This document shows positions 44,188 to 54,779 of a DNA stretch of 64,000 nucleotides, in pieces; positions within the stretch are counted from its first letter, which is position 1, and the number at the start of each line of letters is the position of its first letter. Location of the stretch: assembly GCF_000372725.1 (NCBI RefSeq), contig NW_005201392.1:1059184-1123183 (forward strand), in the 5' to 3' direction. Both the position numbers and the translations under genes were made by a program. The notes under the pieces were generated by a model. It was not told the origin of the DNA, made no database searches, and saw only the letters and a list, made by a program, of their open reading frames with translations. This DNA comes from Emiliania huxleyi CCMP1516. Its lineage: Eukaryota.

Positions 44188-45403
44188 TCAAAAGTCGGCG
44201 TCGAGCGTGAACTCGCGGCCGCCACCCTGCTGGCCGCCGCCCATGACGCCCGCCTTTTGGTACTCGCCGACGCGCCGCTCGAAGAAGTTTGTCTTGCCCT
44301 GCATCGAGATGAGCTCCATCCAGTCGAACGGGTTGGCCACGCCCCAGTGCGCGCCGACGCCGAGCTCGCCGAGGAGGCGGTCGGCGACAAACTCGATGTA
44401 CTGCGTCATCAGCCGCGCGTTCATGCCGATGAGCGAGACGGGGAGCGCGTCGGTGACGAAGACGCGCTCGATCTCGACCGCCTCGCGGATGATGTCGAGC
44501 ACCCGCTCGCGCGGCGGCGGACGCTCCAGCTTGGAGAAGAGCAGGCAGGCGAAGTCGCAGTGCAGCCCCTGCAGCGGTGGGGGCGGCGGGGGGCGTGGTT
44601 GGAGACCTCTGGGAGCGGGCCTGGAGCGGGCCGTGAGGGGTGCATACACGTGTGGTGGTGGTGGGGGGCGTGGGCTTGAGGGTGGTGGGGGGGGGGGGGG
44701 GGGGGGGAACTGCTGCTTGGGGCTGCCGGGGTGGAAGGTTTGGCTGCTTGCAGCCAGGTGGTGCCAGGAGGTGTGGGGCGGCGCGAGGCGGCGGCGAGGG
44801 GCGCCGGACGCGGCGGCGGCGCGGGGAGAGAGGCTGGGCGAGGGGGCAGCGCACCTTGATGTCGCGGCAGAAGCGCTCCGCGAGGTTCTCGACCACAATG
44901 CCGTCGGACGAGGCGAAGAAGGCGAGGACATGCGTGATGAAGTGCCGCTCGTCCGCAGTCAGCCGCTCCCAGTCCTTGCGGTCCGGGCCGAGGTCGATCT
45001 CCTCCGCCGTCCAGAACGACGCCTCGTGCTGCTTGTACATCTGCCAGATGTCGGCGTGCTGGATCGGAAACAGCACAAAGCGCGAGTCCGTCTCACGGCA
45101 CATTGGCTCGACAAAGTCGTCGCCCACCGGAACCCCCTGCGGCGGCGGCGATGCGTCGCACGCCGCCGCCCCAGCGTCGCCTGCCGCGCCAGCCTGAGAC
45201 GCCGCCTCATCGCAAGCCGACGCCGCCGCCACACTGCTGCCCTCTGGCGACGACCAGCCTTCGCCGCTCGACCATCTCACGTCGGCGCGCGGCGCAGCAC
45301 GGCGAGGATAACGGGGCGGCTCCGGGTGCATCGGGGCCCCACCTGGCAGCGTGGAGGCACCTGCCGCCGCGACGGTCGCCGCGGTCACGAGCTTTCTGTA
45401 CAT
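44188..45403 (-). pseudogene. RNR2: Ribonucleotide reductase small subunit (R2) lacking central exons (deletion or mis-assembly)
   Basis: [99 protein letters not shown] and VEGIFFSGSF…RDE segments absent. Confidence 0.85.
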
Positions 45404-45493
45404 AATCACGGCTATCAGGGAGGTGGCGCGAGTCGCGCTTGGAGAGGCGATCTGCCTGGAAGTTTCGCGTTTCTTTTCTTGAGAATGAAGCAT

Positions 45494-45529
<36 letters not shown>

Positions 45530-45862
45530 CATTGGAGAGTGTGGTGGCGGTACACGATGCAATCTATGATGCTCGCGATGGACTGAGAACGATGCAATCT
45601 ATGACGGGCAAAGAACGATGGACTGAGAGACAGGGACGGATTCACGTTGCAGTTCACGTGAGACTGAGACGACTCAACGTGACGCCCAGACGAACGCCTG
45701 CCTGATTTTCTTTTCCGCCTCCAGCCCACATGGATCATGGTACTCTCCTAAGCTGTGAATCAGACGCACTTACCTCGCTCGTTGCTCTTCTTTCCTCTTT
45801 CTATGTGTGTGTGTGTGTGTGTGTACTCACTCCGCTCTTTCTATCTCTCTCCTCTCTGTTTA

Positions 45863-46155
45863 GGTGCCTATAAGGGCTTCCAGTATCGGACCTTCAAGAC
45901 ATGCGCTTTTGGCCGGTGGCCTCCTCGGACATGGTACCTCCGGTGAGATAGTGGCTGCCAGTTCGAGACTGGGGCCGATCGAACTTGACTTGTTCGGAGG
46001 AGGAATCCGGCCAGCACGGGTACAAAGAGGGGTACCCGGAGAATCCCCAGCTGCGGAAACGTAGTGTCGCTCAAGAGGTGCGATGGGAGTGTAAGGTGCC
46101 TACATGGGCTTCCAGTATCGGACCTTCAAGACATGCGCTTTTGGCCGGCGGCCTC
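45863..46155 (+). repeat. ~60-bp direct repeat pair (45863-45922, 46095-46155)
   Basis: ggtgccta..gggcttccagtatcggaccttcaagacatgcgcttttggccgg.ggcctc twice. Confidence 0.9.
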
Positions 46156-46210
46156 TGCTTTCTCCCTTTTCTCCCAGTAAGCTAAAATCCGAGCGAAAAA
46201 ACACGCCGAA

Positions 46211-46702
46211 ATGCTGCCGACTGCAGTCACGAGCGTGCTGGGCTTGGACGTGTACGTGCGCGGCTGCCCGGGAATGGGCACGAGGTGGTTTGAGCGCGTG
46301 CTGCCGTGCCTATTTGAATCTCCGGTGCAGGTCTTCGCGCGCGAGAAGCACAGCGGATGCACCATCCGATCTGCATCCGACCCGAACATTTCGTCCAAGC
46401 TCCTCCACCCGCGGTGTCGATCCAGTTGCATCCACGCTGTGATAGCTCGGCATCCGATGACGTTGAAGCGGCGCGATCGGCACTCGATGCTGGTGTGGGA
46501 AGCGTACTATGGGGCGTGGATGCAAATGCGGCACGCCAATGTGAGGTTCTTCCGCTTCGAGGATCTCATCAGTCGCGGCTGCACTGCGACACGCTCAGAC
46601 CCCGTAATCGCACGACGATACAAAACCTTTCGTTCCGACGTGGCGCCCTCCAACGAGGGCGTGTGGAGGTTCTGGAATTACAGCAGCTATGCCGTCAGAT
46701 GA
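46211..46702 (+). CDS. Short sulfotransferase-like protein
   Basis: VRGCPGMGTRW (PAPS-loop-like), EKH, VIARHP, WEAYYGAW, FFRFEDL resemble sulfotransferase-family motifs. Confidence 0.5.
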   Translation: MLPTAVTSVLGLDVYVRGCPGMGTRWFERVLPCLFESPVQVFAREKHSGCTIRSASDPNISSKLLHPRCRSSCIHAVIARHPMTLKRRDRHSMLVWEAYYGAWMQMRHANVRFFRFEDLISRGCTATRSDPVIARRYKTFRSDVAPSNEGVWRFWNYSSYAVR

Positions 46703-47539
46703 TGCATGCTCGTGTGTGTATGCGTTGGCGTGCGCGGGCCTTTCGGCCGAGAATAAGTTACTCATGCGCATGCGCGTGCGCATCCCGCCATGCACTGGAC
46801 CCCGAAATCAGCAGGTGTGTCGAGGGGAGAGCGTGTGTGAATCTCTGTGGAACTAATTGATCCTAACGGGAGATGAGACGTGGTTTTGGGGGCGCCTCAT
46901 ATCGACACTGGCGTGAACAGCGGGTCTAGCCTTTTATGGGGTGAGAGCTTACGCCAGTGACCATAAAAACCGTCCCCGGAACCCCCCAGAGAGATCAGCC
47001 GTGAAGGGTGAAGCGTGATGTTCATATTGCCCGTGGTAGTCGCCCCGCCGCCGGACTGCGGACAGATGTGAGCGCGGGAGCGCGGCGCAGCTGCGAGAGT
47101 GCGCGGCCCGGCTGGTGGTACACGCCGCGCCCCGGGACGCTCGAAGCTCGTGTGCTCAACGTGTGAGTAGGCGCTCTATATCCCGTATGCGCGTGAATTT
47201 GACGGGCGAACGTGTCCAAGGTTTTTAGCATTTGGGTGAAGGTTTGGGCGATCACCTAAGATACGGAGCCGGCTGGCTGCACGAGGGGTGCACTGCAGAC
47301 TGCACGCGGGCAGCAGATTGAGGCGTGAGAGATCGCGCGTACACCACACGATTGGAGGTTGGACACGTCTCCTCTGGGATGACTCGAAACGCTGTGTGTG
47401 TGTAGGTGTCGCGCCCTCGAGATGCCGGCCCTAGTCACCGACCCACAAATGGGGCAAGGAGGGAGGGCCGAGCACGCAAACAGTCGGGAACCAAAGCGAC
47501 ATAAGATGGAACGGCGGGGGTAAACGAAGAGACCAAGGG

Positions 47540-47646
47540 TGATGGTGATGGCCGTGCCTCATTGGAAACAGCCGGTGGTGATGGCCCGCCTCATCGGAAG
47601 CGACAGCCGGTGGTGATGGCCGCGCCTCATCGGAAGCGACAGCCAA
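47540..47646. repeat. ~35-bp minisatellite, 3 copies
   Basis: ggtgatggcc(g)cgcctcatcggaagcgacagcc repeated. Confidence 0.85.
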
Positions 47647-47913
47647 ACGGCTCGCGAGTGGTACTCGAAAAGCGATGGCGCAAGAGGCGACGGCAACGGC
47701 GGCGATGGCGGCGATGGCCGTGCTCAACGCACGTGTGCAGCACACAAGGCGGCTGCTGAGCGATGCTCCGTGAGCGACGGCGCGAGAGGCGAGGTGGCAC
47801 GAACGGCGAGAACGGCAGCGAAGACGACCATGCGCCAGAAGAGAGATATTGAAAGAGAGCGAGAGAGAGAGAGAGACGACATGAGACACGGAGTGTCACT
47901 TGTAATTGCTAAT

Positions 47914-47916
<3 letters not shown>

Positions 47917-47965
<49 letters not shown>
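47917..47965. repeat. (GA)n microsatellite
   Basis: Perfect GA run; similar run at 45496-45528. Confidence 0.95.
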
Positions 47966-47967
<2 letters not shown>

Positions 47968-48249
47968 AACCCCTAACCGCGATGACACGCTGCGTTTGCA
48001 AGGTAAGGCTAAGGGGAATGATCAGAATGGCGAGGCTCGGAATGCGTTCTTATAGAATGTTCAGAACACCGGCCACTGGGCCCGCCGGAGGCGCTGAGAC
48101 ACGGAGCCTCTCTCGGCACTAGCAGCAGACACAGGCACAGGGGACAGTGCGGACGCGGCTCATCAGTCCTCCCTCAGTAGCGAACAGCTTATATTGCAAT
48201 ACGGGACAGCCACCCACTCAAAGCACTCACCACACGATTATGCCGCTTC

Positions 48250-48700
48250 CTATTCGCCATCCTCTTCAAAGCCGACAATGGCTTCGTCCTTTTTCTCTGC
48301 CGTGCGGTACGCCTTGAGTGCCAGGTAGGTTCTGCTTGCCGCAGTTGTCGTACAGCTCCTCGAGCTCGACCCAGCGCGTATCAATGAAGCCGTCGTCATT
48401 CTGGTCCTCTCCAAACTTGCCGCGGGTGAGGTAGCACAGCGACGTCTCCGCCGCGGCCAGCTCATTGCGCCGCTTCTTCCCGCCACGAGCTGCTCACGGT
48501 CGGCGAAGCGCATGCCAATCACCTCCTTGATCTCGAAGCAGTATGTCGGCACGACCGCGTCGTCTCCTCTGCCGTCGGCGAGGCGCGCCACGCGCTCCGC
48601 CGTGGGCCGCCTTCTCGCTTCTGGCATTTGCAGCGGGTACACATGGTGCGGCGCGCATACTTGAGCACACCGTGGTTGGTGCAGTTGGCGCACGTGCCTG
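48250..48700 (-). pseudogene. Frameshifted chromodomain-like fragment with upstream CxxC…CxxC motif
   Basis: Across frames: CANC…CTRC; CFEIKEVIGMR / LCYLTRGKFG…DTRWVELEEL / YLALKAY. Confidence 0.4.
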
Positions 48701-49039
48701 CGGGAAGGGCGCCATAGCGACGCGCGCGCTCCGGGTGCATGTGTTTTTCGGGTATACCTGAGAATTCTCGGGTATACCCGGCCGCCCGGGGGTCGGTCCG
48801 AGGGTGTCCCAGGAATGAGCAACAACAAACACATGCACATGCACAACATGCGCATGTGCATGCACATGTGCATGCAGTCATAACAGACCCTAGTTGCCGT
48901 TCCTGCAAAGTAACTCAGATGTCCCGGGGGGTCACGCTGAATCTCGGAGTATCTCCGAAGCCACTCCCTTGCCCTTTCAAGCGCTCCTTGCCATCCCAGC
49001 CGAGAGTCTCCTGCCGCGTCCAGCACTCCGTCCGCAGCC

Positions 49040-50665
49040 ATGCTCTCTCTCATCTCCATCGTCAACGGCGCTCCCGTCCCGGCGGCCAGCACGCGCTCCA
49101 ACGCTCGCGCTCTCGCCGGATGGCAGGCGTACATGAACCAAGGCATCGAGACGGGCGCCGCCTACGCCAACGCCGGTGCCTCCGGCGACGACGTCTTACT
49201 CCAAGACCTCAACGCAGAGACGGCCGACAAGTTTGATAGCCTGAACAGCGGCAAGACGACGGCCGGGTCGCCCGCTGTCATCGCCGACGGCCAGCTCAGC
49301 GACGGCATCCTCACGGCAGTCAACCAGCTCACGTCGGCGCTCGGCTCCCCGGCCTCCTCGCCATCCTCAGCCGCCGCCGCCGTGGACGAGAAGGCCTCCG
49401 AGCCGCCGCACGGCGCGAGCTGGCAGGACTACATGATGCAGGGCATCCAGACCGGCATCGAGTTTGCCAACTCGGGCGCCGGCGTCGCCTCCGGCACCAC
49501 CGACCCGTCCACCGACTTTGGCGCCCTCTCGGCGCAGACCGCCGACCACTTCGACGCGCTGAACCACAAGGGCGGCGCGGCGGCGGCGCCGGCGAAGGAG
49601 GCGGGCGGGCAGCGGCGCAAGCTCACCGCCGGGTGGCAGAGCTACATGAACCAAGGCATCGCCACCGGCGTCCAGTACGCGGGCGCGGGCGCCGGCGTTG
49701 CCGCCGGCACTACTGACCCATCGACCGGCTTCAACGGCATCAACGCCGAGACCGCCGATCAGTTTGACGCGCTGAACCGCAAGGGTGAGGCGATCGAGGT
49801 GGCCGAGGCCGAGGCCGAGGCCTCCCCGGATGCCGCCACGCCGGCCGTCGGAGCCTCCGACGCGCTCAGCGGCGGCATCCTCGCGGCCGCCAACCAGTTC
49901 GCCTCTGCGCTCGGCTCGGGCGCCTCCTCCGCCACCTCCGCCTCGCCCGCCGCCGCCTCTCCCGCCTCTGCCGGCGCGTCCGCCTCCGAGCCGCCGCACG
50001 GCGCGAGCTGGCAGGACTACATGATGCAGGGCATCCAGACCGGCATCGAGTTTGCCAGCGCGGGCGCCGGCGTCGCCTCCGGCACCACCGACCCGTCCAC
50101 CGACTTTGGCGCCCTCTCGGCGCAGACCGCCGACCACTTCGACGCGCTGAACCACAAGGGCGGCGCGGCGGCGGAGGATGCAGCACCGCCCGCGGAGAAG
50201 CAGGCGGAGTGGTCGCCGAGCGGCACGTACAACTACGGCGGCGCGGCCTACGGGCAGCCCTACCAGCAGGGCTACCCGCAGTACCAGCAGCAGGGGGGCT
50301 ACCAGGCTGGCGCGCAGGGCTGGGGGCAGCCGCAGCAAGCGCAGGCCGCCGCCTCGGCCGGCGCCGCCGCCGAGAAGAAGCCCTACGTGCCCAAGAGCGA
50401 GCTGGGCAAGGCGGTTGGCCGCCTCTCGGTGGCCCTGCCCAACGCCATCCTCGGCGGGCTCACCGGCGCGCTCACGGGCGGCATCCAGACGGTGGCGGAC
50501 ACGGCGGGCGTGCAGGTCCCCCCGCCCCCGGCCGCCGTGCACCCGAGCGACGTTGCGCAGAGCAGCCAGGCAGCACCCGCAGCAGCCGGCCAGAACGACG
50601 GGTGGGGCGAGGCTGCGGCCGCTGAGCCCGCCGCAGCTGCCGAGGACGAGTGGGGCAGGGCGTGA
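49040..50665 (+). CDS. Secreted four-repeat protein, copy B (inverted near-identical paralog of 34176-35801)
   Basis: 541-aa ORF; one visible substitution versus copy A (ASAG vs ASAD). Confidence 0.8.
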   Translation: MLSLISIVNGAPVPAASTRSNARALAGWQAYMNQGIETGAAYANAGASGDDVLLQDLNAETADKFDSLNSGKTTAGSPAVIADGQLSDGILTAVNQLTSALGSPASSPSSAAAAVDEKASEPPHGASWQDYMMQGIQTGIEFANSGAGVASGTTDPSTDFGALSAQTADHFDALNHKGGAAAAPAKEAGGQRRKLTAGWQSYMNQGIATGVQYAGAGAGVAAGTTDPSTGFNGINAETADQFDALNRKGEAIEVAEAEAEASPDAATPAVGASDALSGGILAAANQFASALGSGASSATSASPAAASPASAGASASEPPHGASWQDYMMQGIQTGIEFASAGAGVASGTTDPSTDFGALSAQTADHFDALNHKGGAAAEDAAPPAEKQAEWSPSGTYNYGGAAYGQPYQQGYPQYQQQGGYQAGAQGWGQPQQAQAAASAGAAAEKKPYVPKSELGKAVGRLSVALPNAILGGLTGALTGGIQTVADTAGVQVPPPPAAVHPSDVAQSSQAAPAAAGQNDGWGEAAAAEPAAAAEDEWGRA

Positions 50666-51439
50666 GACTAGAGGAGCCAACACCCACCGGCCGCAGAGTA
50701 ACTTCCGGAGCGCTGTTGGTGAACCGCGTGGACCGTTGTAGTGTCGGATTTGTTTTGTTAATATCGCGCAACAATCTCAGAAAGCCCCCCCCTGACTGCA
50801 CTCCCACCAAGTGCCACATCAGATATGCGTTTGAGGTTCGAAGATGCTAGGATTGCGAGGAGCTCACCACAAACAACCCTAACTTCTAACCACAGTGAGC
50901 GTGCTGTGCGTGGCTGTCGGGGACTCCGTGCGGCTGCGCGATGCGGTTTGCCTTGGCCTGCATACACGTTTCCGGAAACCAAAAAGGAAACGAGAGGGTC
51001 CCGAGCACTTTTCGTTTCCGGAAATTTCCAGGGAAACCAGAGGGTGTTTGGAGCTCCATTCTGGCAACTCTCGAGTTTCCCTGAGTCTGAGAGCTGGTCT
51101 GGGGCAAAATCTGAGGCGGAACCGAGGAAACCGGCAAACTACCCGGGTATTTTCCAGGTATGTATGTATCTAAGGAGACGGTTCAACTTGGCGGCCGCTT
51201 GGTGGGGGGAGCCGCTTTGGCCGTGTACGCGTGTGTCGGGGGCAGGCGATCCAAGCACTGGCGATCCGTCGCCCCATGGCGTCGGCCGAGCTGCTCGCTG
51301 GCCACGTGCTCGTGCGCGGACGAGGTTGAGAAGCAGCTGGCGGAGCAGAGCCTGGCCGTACAAAGATCAGAGGCCAAAGCGGAAGCCGAGGCCACCTGAG
51401 TCGTCGGACGGATTGACGCCCTCGACAATCCACGAGTAC

Positions 51440-52064
51440 AAAGCTGGGCGACACAAAGGAGGATGTACAGACTCTCCGTGCTCAGGTGGCGGAGGTGCTG
51501 GAGCACGTGGCAAAGCTCAACGCCGCGAATCAGATCATCGAAGCGCTGCAGACGCAGGTGACGATGCTGCAGGCCCGTGTGGCGGAGCTCGAGCGCCGGC
51601 CTAAGCTGTCTGGGAGCGACACCTCGCGGCCAGCCACCTGCGACGAGACGGAGGCGAGGGTCGAGGCGCTCCGCGAGTTTCGGCGGAAGGGCCACGGCTG
51701 CAGCGTGGCGCGCGCGGCAGGGTACTCGTGCGTCGAGGCAAGGGCGGTGGGCTACTCGCTGCAGGAGGCAACGGGCTACTCAATCAGCGAGGCCAGGGCG
51801 GCGGGCTACTCGCTGCAGGATATTAAGGCGGCGGGCTACTCGTGCAGTAAGGCGAAGGAGGCGGGCTACTCGCTCAAGGAGACGAAGGCGGTGGGCTACT
51901 CGTGCAGCGACGCAAAGGAGGCGGGCTACTCGCTCAAAGGAGGGGGCGTGGCTGGCTATCCGTTTGAACACAACGCATGGACACTGCCACGTTACAACCA
52001 AAGTATTCCACCATCACAACCGGTGGGGATGACTTTGAAATATGCCGGCTACCACATGAGTTAA
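51440..52064 (+). CDS. Coiled-coil protein with 10-aa 'xxEAKxAGYS' repeats; 5' end uncertain
   Basis: About eight GYS repeats (ARAAGYSCVE, ARAAGYSLQD, AKEAGYSLKE…) after a heptad segment. Confidence 0.65.
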
Positions 52065-52302
52065 TTCGCATTATTGGAGTGGTGCATAAACTTGGGTTTC
52101 GGAGAAAGGCGCGAGGGGCTTTTCAATGAGGGGCTCGGGGCCCGAGGGCGCACACGATCCCACCGGATGATCTGGCGCCGGATGCAGATTCATGGGCGCA
52201 GCCCTCGACATGCAAAGGAAGCTCGATGGTAGTACACAGGATTGAGACAACCGGCCAGGGCGGGGTTGACGGCGACGTCGAGGACCTCTGGCCTTTTAAT
52301 CT

Positions 52303-53861
52303 TCACTTGCGCGCCTTGCGCATCTTGGCGGCGAGGAGGACCGCGACAGCCGCCACGCCCAACGGCGAGGCCAGCGCGAAGGCGGCGAAACCGGCGGAGA
52401 CGGCGAGGTCGCCGACAAGGAAGGCGGCAGGGAGGAGCGGGGCGGGGAGGGCCGCCTTTAGGTGCTTCGGGTGGGCCTTGGTGACGAGCGGCTCAATGAG
52501 CGCGTCGTAGTACGCCTGTGTGTGAGGCTCCCATACTCTTTCAGACTCGGGATGAGGAGGGCAGAGGAGGTGCTAACAGGCGAGGCGAGGCGCGCCTGCG
52601 CGGTCTCCGGGAAGAGGTACGAGAGCAGATTGGAGAGCGAGAGCGGGAGCGGTACGAGGTAGGAGGAGAGCATGTACTCGGCGACCCACTCGGGGTAGGT
52701 GGAGGCGAGCACGCCGCCTTGAGTGAGGATCTTGCCCGAGGTGGTGAGCGGGTTGATCACCTCGCCCACCGAGGCGACGACGCGCGACACCTCGGACTCG
52801 CCGAGCTTGGAGCCGGCCGCGACCATGCGCGCGGGGACGAACTGCGGCAGGGAAGGGTGTGGTGGGAGGTTGTGGGAGGTGGGAGGAGGCGGGAGGGCGG
52901 TGGGAGAAGGGAGGAAGGGGGTTAGCATCAGTCGCGCCTTTCCGTCCACCTCCAGCACATGATCGGGGGTGAGGGAGAGTATGCCGTTGGCGTGCTCGAG
53001 CTCGAGGAGGGCCGACTTGAAGGTGGCCTGGCGGCAAGACGGGCTGGGTGTGAGAATTGGTTGAGGCGAGAGGGTGGCGGCGCGGGTATTTGTGGTAACG
53101 GCGAGAGGGTGGTACAGCGGGCTCGGTGGCACGGTGGCCTCGCGATGCTGGTTGACGATGACGCGGGCGACTGATGAGGGGCCGTCCATGACGAGGTCGC
53201 CTGCCTTGAGCGAGGCCATCGGCACTCGCTCCCCCGACGGGAGGAGGGCGAGGGTGTCACGGGCGAAGCAGGGGTCGTCCGAGGGGCACTCCCCCCCCTC
53301 GAGAACAGTCTCCTTGAAGTAGTCGTCGGGGTCTTGGCCCAAGAAAGCGGCCCCGAGTTGGACTTGCGCAGTCGATTTCTGTGCGCACGGGTGGTAGGGG
53401 TGAGAGATCGGGAAGGGGGCCGCGAGTAGGGGAGAGGTGCCGCGCACAAACTCATCCTCACATTTGCAAATGATTTCAAGGCCGGGGTCAGTCGCTGAGG
53501 TCGCGCCATTCTCGCAGAGGCATTCAAGCAGGTCGGCGCCAAAGAGTTCTTCCCACCCGGAGCCATCGTTGCAAAGGTCTCCGAAATTTCCGCCGCCGTC
53601 GCCGCACTTCGGCGGGCAGGTGCCGTCGATGGCGTCGTCAAAATAAGCGCACCCGGAGCACATGAAGCAGTTCATTGCGGTATCGCAGTAGTTGTCGTCG
53701 CTGCAATCCGAGTGCGATGAGCAAGCTCCAGCCCTGGGCGACACACTTGTCTCGGCCGACGCATGTTTCATCGCCACGAGGGCCCTCGCCAACTGCTGTG
53801 GGACGAGGGCGTCAGCCGACTCGGCGAGGCCAAGCACGACGAGAGCCGTGGCAAAGATCAT
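52303..53861 (-). CDS. Secreted Hint (Hog/hedgehog-type autoprocessing) domain protein with Cys-rich N-terminal domain and C-terminal TM
   Basis: Signal MIFATALVVLGLAESADA; DP|CFARDT, LKAGDLV, LSLTPDH, NPLTTSGKIL..GVLASTY; GC-donor introns; last exon AYYDAL…VLLAAKMRKARK*. Confidence 0.9.
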
Positions 53862-54588
53862 CTTTCCCTCCTGCAGGAACACAGAGGCGTGTGGCGACGG
53901 CGACAGCGGCGGCAGCCGGCAAGCGGGCAGTGTAAGGGCGGAGATGCAAGACGATCGTGTGGGGCGGAGTTGGTGTGGAGTGGTGCTGGTGAGCGGGCGG
54001 GCGGGTGGATTTGACGAGGGCGGAGCCTTCTAGGCGATGGTGGATGGAACCCCTTTCTTAGCAAGGCCTCTTTCCGAGTCGCCGTCCCAGAAGGAAGAAC
54101 TAATGAAACGCCGCGGGTCCTCAGATGGACGACGACATGCCTCCACAGGACTCGTGCATACCCGGGGTTTTCCAGGTATACCCACAAAATACCGCGGTAT
54201 TTTGCCGCTTTGGCTGATTTTGGGCCCAAACCAGCTGGTATTGCTAAATCTCTCTCTCTCTCTCTGATTTCAAGAGAAGAAGAGGAGCTCTCTCTCTGAT
54301 TTCCACGGAGTTTAAAAACAGCTCTCTCTCGGAGTTTCCTCGGGAAACTAAAGAGGAAACGAGAGGGTGCTGAGAGAAACACGGAAAGGAACCGAGACGG
54401 GGTGAGCGAGGAAACATGTATGCAGCCTAAGCGTTTGCCAGCAACACTGTCGAAAGTCGGATCCGTCCGGTGGAGCTGGAGGATGAGGGAGTATGTTACT
54501 TGAAGAAAACAGCCGACAGAAAAGGCAACACGCCGCAGGTCCCACACTGGCAAAATTCTTCGCGCCCCCAAATTCTTTTCGCGCACGA

Positions 54589-54730
54589 CCAGTCCCGTGC
54601 CTAGTGTCGTGCGAGGGAGTTCGGATTAAAATTCTTTCGCGGGAGGTTGTAAAATTCTTTTCGCGCCAGTCCCGTGCCCAGTGTTGTGCGAGGGAGTTGA
54701 CAGTTGAGTTGTAAAATCTTTTCGCGCCAG
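54589..54730. repeat. Tandem pair of the dispersed ccagtcccgtgcc.agtgt.gtgcgagggagtt module
   Basis: Two copies, matching ~18856-18892. Confidence 0.85.
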
Positions 54731-54779
54731 AGAGCGCGCCGAGAGGGGTACATCCGATAGCCTGCCGCCGCGGTGCGAC

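Noticed and set aside
47964..47978. Telomere-like CTAACCCCTAACC
   Set aside because: Fewer than two clean CCCTAA units
50891..50897. CACAGTG heptamer as Transib/RSS end
   Set aside because: No matching inverted partner or TSD found
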